Source: Macrostomum hystrix
Taxonomy: Eukaryota; Animalia; Platyhelminthes
Direction of reading: 5' to 3'
Length of the DNA: 64,000 bases
NCBI GenBank assembly: GCA_950097015.1
Contig: CATNEN010000025.1
Location: 3,472,001-3,536,000 of the forward strand
Shown: positions 11,442 through 58,586 of the stretch, one piece after another
Position numbering within the stretch: the first letter of the stretch is position 1
How the letters are laid out: the number at the start of each line of letters is the position of its first letter
Notes under the pieces: model-generated
What the model saw: only the letters and a program-made list of their open reading frames with translations
Database searches by the model: none
What the model was told of the DNA's origin: nothing
Translations under genes and position numbers: made by a program

Positions 11442-13319
11442 TTTAACTATAATGGACGCGATTATCTTACACTGCGCGTGTTGGTTGTGGGCAGAATCTA
11501 TAGTCTTAATTAACATCTAACAACGCAAACATCTCACATGTGGATGTACATGCTTGCTACAAATAGCTTTGTCCGCGTGCAGTGTATGCAGTGTACATCT
11601 AAGTGTATGTACAATGAATTGAAGTTTCCTTACCCCTCGATCCCTAATTGGATGGTCACGCCAGGATCCAAACAGCCAATCACAAACGACACCGACTATT
11701 TTATGTCTGTTCTTTGTTTCTTGCAATGAAAAGTTCTAATTTTGTACTGTCTCAAACTGAGAACATTTTACACTGATGTTCACTTGGATTATACTTCATC
11801 CAATGCTTACAAATCCCTGAAGTGCTTCATTTACCGAGATCAAAACCTATGATTTGGCCAAGATCGATCGCATAGTTATCGACTTTTTATACTTTAATTG
11901 GGCGGTATTAACTAAGGTTCTGTCGTACGTTTAGCCTTGTACATAACAATCTGCTTTTAGCTTTATAAAATTCATCTCATATTTAGCGTACTATTAATAA
12001 TTTTTAACGGACATACTTAAAATACTATTTGTTTTATACTCGTAAATCACTAACACTCTCGAATTGTCTGCTAGAAATTTTTTTTTTCTAATTAAGTTAT
12101 CTGCAGCCATGTTATTACCTTGTGTAAAACTATTGTCTATTCCTCGGTTCGACTGTTGACTCCTTTTAGACGTTGTAGTTTTTTTCTTCCTTTTGCAACA
12201 GAATTGGAAATGTTGATTGTACACGCTAGTTTTTTCCTTCTGTTTGTGCATGCATAGCTGCGAAACATCGATGGTGTCCACTAATCGACAAAGCATGGAC
12301 ATTTTTTCTAAAAGAAAATTTCAACTGAAATTCTGCACCGCCTACCAAGCTCTTGTCATTGTTATAAACTTTTCAGACAATATATATTATATTGATACTT
12401 TTCTACTCGAACGGTTGAGCATAGCCTGCCGTTGTTTGTCTAATGTAACTATATATTTACAGCGATTCGTGTTCGTATTGTCTACTTATAGTACTAATAG
12501 GTTTGTTATTATGCTAAATTTTCAGGCTGCAGTCCACTAGCCCAAAAAGGCCGGAAAAATTCCTCAACTGGAGGAAGTTCTGTCGATTTGAACTACCCTG
12601 ACCTTCTCACCGTCTCATCGGACACTCAATTGCGTTACAGGCCCACAAATCTTCTCTACGCGGCTGCGCCGTGCCACTGATCCTCCGTCTACTCATAGTA
12701 GTAAAGAACTGAAAAAGACATAAGAATCGCTTGATTTCGAATAAGCTTTACTGATTTATATATTGGCACAATTGCATCCGGATATTGGCAGCAGATAGAG
12801 TACCAGGTCACTGTAATTCATCACTGCCCTCTAGGAAACTAGGCATACTTTACACTTACAAAAAACTCGCAAAACATAAGTATAATTTATTGAGAAGAGG
12901 CACGCAGACTGGGATTTCTCTCAACTAACCAACTAGACAGTCAGATGTGACGCAATCACACACGTTTCAGCCATAGATTTATACATTGTTCATAACTGAC
13001 TGCAGGCCGTAATACAGAATCGGTATTAGCAAGCGATTAATGCTTAGGTGAGAAACATCAACATAAAATTGTTAACAATACAACTTTATTTGTGCAGGAA
13101 GAATAAATAAAAACAAAAACAAACAAAAAAGATTTCTTTGAATCATTGGCACCGGCTGCTTTAGGCATATAAAACAAGAAATGAATGACCAGATAAATAT
13201 TTCTTGGTTTAGGTCGATAAAAAAAGACGCATTGGGAAGATAAAAGTTGAATTTTTGGAAGAGCAATTAATTAAAAGCAAATGTGTCAACACTTTAAAGG
13301 ACGATATTCCAAAAAGGCG

Positions 13320-13790
13320 TGACAGATATTTTAAGGCGATTTCTTGGAAAGTTACAACTGAAATTTGAAGGCAATTTCCTAGAAAGTTAGAATTGATATT
13401 TGAAGGCGATTTCCTAGAAAGTTGGAACTGATATTTTAAGGCGATTTCTTGGAAAGTTGTGACAGAAATTTGAAGGCGATTTCTTGGAAAGTTACAACTG
13501 ATATTTGAAGGCAATTTCCTAGAAAGTTAGAATTTATATTTGAAGGCGATTTCCTAGAAAGTTAGAATTTATATTTGAAGGCGATTTCCTAGAAAGTTAG
13601 AATTTATATTTGAAGACAATTTCCTAGAAAGTTAGAATTTATATTTAAAGGCGATTTCCTAGAAAGTTGGAACTGATATTTGAAGGCGATTTCTTGGAAA
13701 GTTGAGACAGAAATTTGAAGGCGATTTCTTGGAAAGTTGTGACAGAAATTTGAAGGCGATTTCTTGGAAATTTGTGACAAATATATATCT
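13320..13790. repeat. 35-bp minisatellite (atatttgaaggcgatttcctagaaagttagaattt)
   Basis: Tandem periodicity in the tropomyosin-PIP4K intergenic region. Confidence 0.92.
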
Positions 13791-14361
13791 CAAGGTGATT
13801 TACTAGAAAAGTATGATACTTATTCGGAATTAATCGGCAAAAGTTTAAATTAAATTAAGAGGCTATTTCTTGGAAAGGTGTGGCAAATTTTTTAGGCTAA
13901 TTCCCAGAAAGAGGTGTGACTAATAGTAGAAACGTTTTCATCAGTTGGTGCAAACAACGTGTTTTAAGGCAATTTCCTGGAAAATTCTGACTGGTACTTG
14001 GTGGCAAATGGACTCAATGTTACTAAAAAGATGACAAGAAAGCAATGCTAATAGAATAACTAAAACTATCGCTTACTGCGAGGGTAGCTGAAATTTCTAA
14101 TGATTTATTTTACCAACACCAAGAGAATCATATTGATAAAATGAAGGCAACTATCATTAATTTATTACACTTTTAGTCTACGAAAAACCTAAAAATAAAG
14201 CAAAATACATTTTTTGGCTTGCATTCCATCCGGACTACCACATGAGGGAATACAAAATTCTAGATATATACAAATGGAATAAATATGGTGAGCGAAAAAT
14301 CGTGATAAAGATAGATAACAGGTGGAGATAGATATGTTACTACCGGATGACTATCGGATGG

Positions 14362-14655
14362 CGTTGTTGTCTAGCAGTTTTAAAGCGTCGGACTCGCGGC
14401 TTGAAGGTCAGGGGTTCGATTCCAGACTTTACTGGAACCATTTGTGTCCCTTTAGTCCAAGACACTTAACTCTGCATTGCTTCAGTTCACCCAACTGCTA
14501 AATGGGTACCACCATTTGCTGGGGTAATTGAGGGTGGGTGTGGCGTCCCCCCAGTCCATGGACTGAACAGCCGTACGCAGTCTTTAGATGCGCCGTGCAG
14601 TAGCTGCGGCTGTGCTGTCGGCTGCACACCTGACCCAATTGGGGCAGGTGTAACC
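14362..14655 (+). mobile_element. tRNA-derived SINE family A (fullest copy)
   Basis: Head gtcggactcgcggcttgaaggtcaggggttcgattcc; central tgtgtcc...caagacacttaac...gcttcagttcacccaactg..aaatgggtacc (CORE/V-domain-like); 3' cagtccatggactgaacagc...gcaggtgt. Homologous pieces lie at 40..125, 19030..19220, 39617..39893, 55035..55135 and 58974..59130. Confidence 0.85.
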
Positions 14656-14870
14656 ACTCAATATAAATCTTAAATTCTTAACTAACACACACATTGTATT
14701 CTAAATCGAGCAGCTCATACAGCTTAGTAAAACCTTCGGTTTAAGAAGTCGTTGTTTGAAAACAAGCGAAACACTGTTAGATTCAACCATAAACTTGCAC
14801 AGAAAGAACACAGAATAGAACTGATTCTAACTCAAGATTGAAATCTCTAACTGTGCAAAGAAAAACTCAT

Positions 14871-17165
14871 TTAAACAAGGCTGGATTCCACAAACTCCAG
14901 GAATCTTCTAGAGTAGATCTCCGGCTTTACAGAGCTGAGCTGCGCCTCGTTGCCGTGCTTCATTGTCTTGTAGGTCTTGGCCGTTCTCTTGCGAACGCCG
15001 TATTTTGTTAGAATGTCGATTAGGCCGATGAAGTACACCAGCTGCGATTGGTCGGCGGCTGGCACAGCGAATCGGCGCTCCCTGGCCGCGGCTGCGGCTG
15101 CGTCTGGAGCGGCGGCGATCGACACACCGATGCCGAGCTCTAACTCGTTGCCGGAGCTGGCCTGATCGTCTAGCTCGGCGCCGTCGCCCTCGGATGCTGC
15201 TGCCGCCGAGCCGCCAGCCGAGGCGCCTCTAGCATCTTCACAGCCGCCGCCAGCAGCCGGATCATGAATGCCAACTAACAGGGAATAGTCCATGAGGTGG
15301 CAGCGAGCCAGGAACTCCGAGTCGCTATGCAGTGTGGCCATCAATCTGGCCTTGGCCTCAGGTCCAACATGAAGTTTCTCACCGGCTCCAACAAAATCAA
15401 CATCCTTCAGAGTTGGCAACTCTTTTGCTTTCTCTTTCTCGGTGGCTTCGCGCGAAATTCTGCTGCCCTTCAAGTCGTATTTGCGATGGATTTTTAAGTC
15501 GGCGCTAAACACGGAACTGCGAGTGCAGACGGGGTGGCGTCCGACCATCAGGATAATGCAAGGTCATTGTCCGCGCTCTCTTTATCTACCTTTCCTATCT
15601 CTCATCCTAGTCCTGCTTTTCTCTCATCATTTCCTTTCTTCCCACTCTACTCTCTCCTCTCCCCACTCTACTCTCTCCTCTCCCCACTCTACTCTCTCCT
15701 CACTCTACTCTCTCCACTCTACTCTCTCCTCTCCCCACTCTACTCTCTCCTCTCCTCACTCTCCTCTCTCCTCTCCCCACTCTACTCTCTTTTCTCCCCA
15801 CTCTACTCTATCCCCTCCCCACTCAACTCTCTCCTCTCCTCTCCCCACTAAACTATCTTCTATCCTCTCACCACTCAACTCTCTCTCCCCACTCAACTCT
15901 CTCCTCTCCCCACTCAACTCTCTCCTCTCCCCACCCAACTCTCTCCTCTCCCCACTCAACTCCCTCCTCTCCCACTCTACTCTATCATCTCCCCACTCTA
16001 CTGTCTAATCTCCAAACTACTGCATCGAGAAATGCCTAACTCACCGCATAACTAGCAGGTAGTGCTCGGTATCTTCCACGGTGGCTCGGTACATGCCAAC
16101 AAACTGCGGCAACAGCGTATCAGCCGAGCGTTCAACAATGTAAGCGTGATAGGCCTGCAGCAGATTGTGCACCTGTTCAACTTCGTCGCTAGATATAGTC
16201 TTAATCACGTAGTGCAGATTGTAAGACCAGATCATGTTCTGCGAGCTGTCCCTAACTGGCTGCCGCTTAGTCCAACTGTCCGCGTAGTGCAAAGCGTCGA
16301 TGCCGAACTTCGAGCGCAATTCTTGAAACACCATTGGACAGTACTCCTTGAATTTGAACTTGCTGGGCATGTTGTCTCTGGTTTAGGGGTGATGGAGATT
16401 GATCATGTCAATTACTTGTGTCTTTTGGGCCGCATTCCAATTTAAACCTATCAGAAGCTCGCACGACTCCATTCAGGCTAATTGATAGCTTCATGCAACC
16501 TCTCCAGCCAATTAGCAGCTCCCTGCCACCACCTCTCCAGCCAATTAGCTTCATGCTTACCATCCAGCCAATTAGCTTCATGCCTACCATCCAGCCAATC
16601 AGCTTCATGCTTGCCATCCAAGCCAATTAGCTTCATGCTTACCATCCAGCCAATCAGCTTCATGCCTACCATCCAGCCAATCAGCTTCATGCTTACCATC
16701 CAGCCAATTAGCTTCATGCTTACTATCCAGCCGCTTAAGCCAATTAGCAGCTTCCTGCCACCTTTCCAGCCAGTCAGTAGTTTCGATTCTATGTCTAGCC
16801 AATCAGAAGCTATCGATCAACAAATCAGTCAATCATTCACTTACTTGTTAAATAAATAATTGTCCACTTTGACTTTTTGGAAGCTTTTAAAATCGTCTGG
16901 CAGCAGCATTGTTCGCTTGGTGACGTGGCTCAGCTGGATTAGCTGGAATTGAATAGTTAAAAGACAACACTATGCAAGGTAGGTCCAAAATTTATTGAAC
17001 TATTTATTTATTGAGTCAATCGATTAACCCCAAAATATTTGTTCAACTCACTGAGTGATTGATGCCCCACATAATGACTGATTTAAGAGGCTCGCTGGAA
17101 CGGAATAGCTTCAGCTTCTGGCGAACACCTTTCACCTTGTGGCTCTTCTTAACCTGCACTTCCAT
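14871..17165 (-). CDS. PIP4K2: Phosphatidylinositol-5-phosphate 4-kinase type II (~396 aa): complement join(17052..17165,16845..16942,16045..16377,14871..15516)
   Basis: Motifs QKLKLFRSSEPLKSVIMWGINHS, LLPDDFKSFQKVKVDNYLFNK, FKFKEYCPMVF, RKYDLKGS, LMDYSLLVGIHD and YFIGLIDILTKY. The activation loop KRTAKTYKTMKHG has Ala where type I enzymes have Glu. All splice sites are GT-AG and in phase. Confidence 0.95.
15640..16010. repeat. ~23-bp pyrimidine-rich minisatellite (ctctactctctcctctcccca), PIP4K intron 3
   Basis: Tandem periodicity; explains ORFs 15442..16008. Confidence 0.9.
16490..16790. repeat. ~27-bp minisatellite (catccagccaatcagcttcatgcttac), PIP4K intron 2
   Basis: Tandem periodicity; each unit contains CCAAT. 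Confidence 0.9.
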
Positions 17166-19029
17166 TTAGAAAAGTTGGCTTCAGAACTAAAGCTGCAAAT
17201 TGAAAAAAACATAATTAGCTATACAGTAGCATAGGATATGTTGTAAAATAATAGTGGATAGAGTAGGTCTTTATCATTGCCATGCTCATTAAAGCTCATT
17301 ATCAATTGCAATAATTTATAGTAAATCAAAAGTAAATAAATACTGCCTTATGAAGACAAATCTTGTCACATTGTCTGAAACAGAGAAATGCAACACTCTG
17401 TTTAGAGTGTACAGTTAATAGCAAAAAAGAAAAATACCCTGGCCATTTTGAATAAGAAGAAAATTACTAGGATTAGTCTCATTTAGTAAATCTTGATGGA
17501 TTTTAATTAAAAAAAATCATATCAAAAGCAATAATTAACAGATCATAGGCCTAATTGCTAAAAAGTAAAGTATGTTTAGCTAAGTTGCTATCTATTAGCT
17601 AATTATTAAAGTACTTGTTAAAAGTGCTTATTATCTATATATTAGCCATTGCTTTGGGCTTTATGCTAGAGTTGTGCTAATTACATAGTCTTCATTTTAT
17701 GTTATAGTTTAAATATGAATTATAAGTGAGCTAGAAATTAAAAAAAAATAAAATAAAATTCAACGACATTAAAAACTTGTCTATCTTAGTAATAGCAACT
17801 AGTCAAACTAGAAAACAGTCGCTTAGCCACTAAGTAGCCACTCTGTAGTCAACCACGTTGAAATAAAAATATAAAAAAATTAACTATGCAATATGTGGAC
17901 AAAAATTGCAAGAAATTGCAAGAAATTGTTGCAAAACTTGCAAGAAATAGACTCACATTCTTAACTTGCTACGATAGCGCTAGCCTTACTCATGGCATTA
18001 CAATAACGATCGGAGGAAAACGTAGACTTAAAAACCCTTTCTTTCTTGTTAAATCCGAACAATAGGGCCTACTGAATTCACTTTAACTAAACGAGATGTG
18101 AATTCTTTTTTCTTATAGCAGAAGCTATTGCCGTCATTGTGTCATGCATTTTTCTGTTTCCTGTTTTGCTACTTGATTGATTCTGTGTAGCTAAAATTCG
18201 TTTTCATATGTTTTACATTTTTGCTTATAGAGGACCTGGCCCGCATTAATGGTTTGTGCAAGCGACGAGCGTATATTCATAATATGTGTATTGACTAGGT
18301 GTTACACTGTCTATTTCTGTTGTTGAATTCTCTATGATTGTATGCTAAACCTTGGACAGGATGTCATTGAATACTTCAAATTCCACACCGCAGATTTAAG
18401 TGATGCGAAACTATTTTTTTTATTGTTAGAATCCAAACTCAATCTTGTTGCCTTGTGTGTAAAGCATTTATTACTTTTTTACAGTGTCTCGTAACTAAGG
18501 TATACAAACATAAGGTATTGCATTTATGCATATAGCATTACCCTCGTGACTAAACATAATCGATATTTACTAGATTTTCATTACTTCATTGAACCGTGCA
18601 CTGCATCTTGCACTATAACTGCCGTCGTACACCGTAAACGACTTGTTTAGGCAAGATCCGTAGGCATATGATTCGTCCGTTCCAATCTTATGAGATGATT
18701 TCAGCCGCAAGGCTGCATCCTGGAAATCGATAAACATAAAATAATATAGTTTTTGCCTTCATACGTGTGCAATTATAGCTACGCTCGTAGCTGCATGGGT
18801 CTAGACGTCAATTATAAATAACGATCTAACCATACGACTGGCTTTCTGGCTCCTCAAAATGAGGGTAGAACTTATCTCGTTTGTTAGAATTTTATTCAAG
18901 TCCGCGGATGAGCAGAAATAGATTATTAAATATACGCACATAAAGTTCTTACCGAACTACTACTCACTTTAGTTTAGACTTTTAGAATAAAAACTAACTG
19001 CTGATCTTGGATACCTGCCATTATGTTCC

Positions 19030-19220
19030 TGCCAGGTATAGTCGCATCCAGATGACTGGCGGGACGCAACAACCACAATTATCCAAACTCATGCTGGCAC
19101 CCATTTAACAGCTGGGTATAACTGAATCAATGCAGATTTTAGTGTCTATTGTTCCAGTGTAGGTGGGAATCGAACCCCCGAGTCTTGAGTTCGACGACGC
19201 TCTAACGCTCTTGGCTACAA
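19030..19220 (-). mobile_element. SINE family A, degenerate copy
   Basis: ctggcacccatttaacagctgggt...caatgcag...gggaatcgaacccc matches the reverse complement of 14362..14655. Confidence 0.75.
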
Positions 19221-19916
19221 ACCATTTCGGTTCCTAAACATGTAAAATTAGCTTAAATACTGTTCTTAACTGTATTTTTTGTTTAAAATTGACGGAATTC
19301 ATAAAAAGGCTATGAACTAAGTGTCCTGCATTTCAATGCATTTGCTCACAGTCCCAACAGCTGTGCTGGGATTCGCTGATTTGCATGCTCCCCCACCCCA
19401 ATCCCTGCAAACCGGGATTATGAAAGACCAGCGACGCATATAGAAGAGAAAGAGAAGTGAGCAGAGGCGAATAGGCCAGCCAATAGGGGAAGTGGGATTT
19501 CCAATTTACAGTAGGGACCTTTCTCGCTATAATCTCTCTCGCTCTGTGCACCTCTCCCACTTGCCACCGCCACAGCATTGGCTGCAGTCCAAAGCACGCC
19601 AGTGTGGCAAAGCCCTACCTTTGAGCATTTGTCCTCAAGGTAGACAATATTATTAATTGTCAACCGGAGAAAATTTTCCCGAAGGAGCGTCCTGTAGTAG
19701 ATCTTCAACTCCTTCTTCAGTAAATTGTAATATAGGAAGCAAGCTTCCTATATTCCTATAAGGCCGATAATTCCTATAAGGCCGAAGAAGCACTTTAAAG
19801 CAAACAAGAAAGGAATATTCAGAAGAAAGCTTGTTAAACAATCACAGGACAGTGGCATAGGGTGCGCCCTGATTTTAGCCAAATTGCTGGCTGGCTGACA
19901 CGAGTGCTGCTCAGAC

Positions 19917-43016
<23,100 letters not shown>

Positions 43017-43289
43017 TTTATTTAATTAAGTCTCTGTTATAATTGATGACTGTCATTTTGTACTATGCCATCGGCAGCTCCGTGATTGGATAGTTTGATC
43101 AACTGAAGCCCTTGGCAACTCCATGGCAACTAAGAAAAGAAAAATATGTGCTTATTCCTGTTTTTTAGACTTAAAACGGATCCCATACTAAAAATGTTGT
43201 ACTTGTGACACCTTGCTGACTCAAATTATCACTTGGTTGTTATCCTTACTATCTAAATCCTGATTGTTTGTTGTTCCCACCACTCGTTG

Positions 43290-43930
43290 AATTGTGGGGG
43301 TCAAAGCTCTCACAGAATCCTGATTGGTTGGGGTCAAAGCTCTAACAGAATCCTGATTGGTGGGGGTCAAAGCTCTCACAGAATCCTGATTGGTGGGGGT
43401 CAAAGCTCTCACAGAATCCTGATTGGTTGGGGTCAAAGCTCTAACAGAATCCTGATTGGTGGGGGTCAAAGCTCTCACAGAATCCTGATTGGTGGGGGTC
43501 AAAGCTCTCACAGAATCCTGATTGGTTGGGGTCAAAGATATCGCGGAATCCTGATTGGTGCGGGTCAAAGCTCTCACAGTATCCTGATTGGTGGGGGTCA
43601 AAGCTCTCGCGGAATCCTGATTGGTGGGTGTCAAAGATATCGCGGAATCCTGAATGGTTGGGGTCAAAGCTCTCACAGTATCCTGATTGGTGGGGGTCAA
43701 AGCTCTCGCGGAATCCTGATTGGTTGGGGTCAAAGCTCTCACAGAATCCTGATTGGTGGGGGTCAAAGCTCTCGCGGAATCCTGATTGGTTGGGGATCAA
43801 AGCTCTCGCGGAATCCTGATTGGTTGGGGTCAAAGCTCTCACAGTATCCTGATTGGTGGGGGTCAAAGCTCTCGCGGAATCCTGATTGGTGGGTGTCAAA
43901 GATATCGCGGAATCCTGATTGGCTGAGGTC
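43290..43930. repeat. 33-bp minisatellite (tcctgattggtgggggtcaaagctctcacagaa)
   Basis: Tandem periodicity downstream of Shal; explains ORFs 43221..43943. Confidence 0.95.
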
Positions 43931-44631
43931 TATAGACCCCTGACTAGGAACACTTCTAATTTAGGTTACCATGGAGATCTTTCTAGTGTAAAATGTTAGT
44001 TTCGATATTTTTCTGACTGAATATATCCACTATCGTCCATCATCCCTTCACAGTATTTTTCACGCCAGAACTGCCTAAATTTGTCACCCAGAAATTATTT
44101 GCCGTCATATTAAATTCAACTCAGTCTCAGTTTCGTCATCATTAAAGTCTATATAATAGGCATTCTAAATTAGAATTCGTTTTTGCGGCTCAAAATGCTA
44201 TTTTACATTTAAGGACAATATTAACAATTATTATTCGCGCGAACTTAGACAAGGAACGATCAATTATGCATCATTGCGCTTTAGTTGCACTTGCCTCAAT
44301 TCATCACTGTTGAATCCTCCACTGTTCAGTGTGAAACTGTAGATAATTCATTTACTAATGTGTTATTGAATACAACAAACGATATAGAACAAAGTGTGGC
44401 TGACTCATACATAATATGAATGTATTGATATTTTCAAACTATTACGAAACATTATATCATAAATATAGCGAGAAAGCACTTCATATTTATCGAGACTGTT
44501 TATTAATAAATGTTGATCACTGATTATTGAAAAGGAAGAGTTTTTTGTTCTGCAGTTGGTGAATTTTTTGCTTGAATCATACATATACACAGGTAGGTCA
44601 ATCAAATAGCAAATTGCCCCAGAATTCAGTC

Positions 44632-56444
<11,813 letters not shown>

Positions 56445-58586
56445 CCTTTACTTGGCGACTGCTTCAGTATGCTATTGTGGATAATTTATGATTAGTTTAC
56501 TGGCTTTATAAACTCAGCACTTGTTCAACTAGCAACTACCCTGGCAACCAACCAATCTTAAGCTGCATCCTATCCGGTCCTTATCCGATTCACATCCTCG
56601 ATATAGTACCTTGTAAATCAAATTTTCCAGCATGCGTACTCATGGATGTAGACCGTATAGATAATACGAGCTATAAAAAAGTAAAATACTGCACTTCCTA
56701 AGCATCTATGAAGTTTCCATATTATGAAATTTGTCATATCAAATAAATAGGACTACTGCACGTTCCGTAAATTTAACATTCCATGAATTGCACATCCGTA
56801 AATCTGATTGTCTGATTTTGCATACTTATTCGAGCTATCATGAATATATACATGACCGTGGCTATCTATAATTACAACTTCATAGTCTTCGGGAATAAAA
56901 TATAGATTGCCCGCTTTGAGCGCGTCTGCATCGAAATCCTGAAAAGTTGCGTTAGCAGGTGCCGCGTAAATTTTGTATGACTTTCTAGTGACCATTGCAC
57001 TACGGTTATTAGAAAAACAAGACACTTCGTTTCTGATTTTCTGATCTGTTTTTTTAAAAGGGACTGATTTTCATGAAAAATTGCACTAGCAAGGTAGGAA
57101 ATTTCCTCTTTTTTCTATTACAACACTGGCAGTTTTTTATTGGAGAGATCAAAAGTATTTTGTTTGGTACAACTTGTGCAATTTTGCTTAGTGGTCCTTG
57201 TTAGTGTTAGCGACAATGTTGTAGAGGGCGGATTTCCTCCTAAAAATTTCACAGGTATACTCAGCTGTGGCTTAAAGATATACCAGGCTGAGAATATAAA
57301 GATTTTATTTTGAATTACAGAAGTCATAGACGTTTAAAATACAAAAAATTGATGACAATCTCTTTTAGATGTAAACGTGTAAACGGAATTCGATTATAAC
57401 AAATTGATTGCGCATATTATCCTAAGCTATGACTTTTGGTCAAGAGGTTTGGCTTTTTTAAATAAATAAAGTAGCTATGCCTTTCATTTTCGCCGATTAT
57501 TACCATAGTAAAGTATGTTGCTACAATCAACAGATTGTAATCCTATTGGATTCGACGTGATTGATTTGCAGAAAAAAATAATTTTGATAATTGCATTTCC
57601 AATATTTGGTCTTTTTGTTTGCGTGCCTATTAAATTATATACCGTATAGATTTTCCGTCTCTGTGACTTCAGGTTTTAGACGATGATTTATTCTGAGAGA
57701 TATGTGTTGGAATCATTCTGTTGCCTGTGGAATTCTCTTCCTCTGCAATTGCCTGTTGACAGCTTTGACAGTCAATTCTTTAATTTGATACTGTACCTGT
57801 AGCATAAAGATACATAATATTTACATTAAAAAAGTTTTTTGCTCACTATGGTCTTCGAGAAACCTAGATTTAGACTTTAAGACTTCACAATTTTTAAGAT
57901 TTTTTTGCTTTAAAACATTTAGTCCACAAAGGATGCATTCTGTACAATTATGCCTATGATCTTCTTTAGATTTTTTGCAGAACGATTACATAGCTAGTCC
58001 ATTAATCCAGTTTCCGGTTTACATAAAGCTGAAGATTAAACCAATTTAAGCTTTCCCGTAATTTTTTGAACTTCGTTTACTTTTAGTGTCAATTTATAAA
58101 GCAGCATTTTATCAAATAATTTAAGGATTATTCTTTCATATTTAAAAAAGCTTCAATTTTTTGTGAGGTTTTATATGCCACTGAAGACACCTTCATACCA
58201 CTTTTTGATAAAATAACATAGAGTGTTTTTTTTCAATGTTTTACAATAATGCAGGTATTTATATACATTAATAATACTGTCTGTCATAAATTGTAATAAT
58301 GTGCGCGCAAGAATAAATGGACATAAGGACCACGTAAGGAGCCCTATAAGTGCAAATGCTTGAGCATTCTAGCCTTTGTGACACATTTTTTACTGAAAAA
58401 ATAAATACTTATGTTAACCTTTTTACATTATTAATTTTATGCATATTCAATGAGCTGGGTTCTTACAGAATGGTGCTTAAATAAATGACATGCGTTACCA
58501 ATTGCAGGAATTAAATACAATCAAACAAAATACATTTCAAAAGTCACTCTATAAGACCAGCGCATTCGTAACCGCATAAAACTGCG

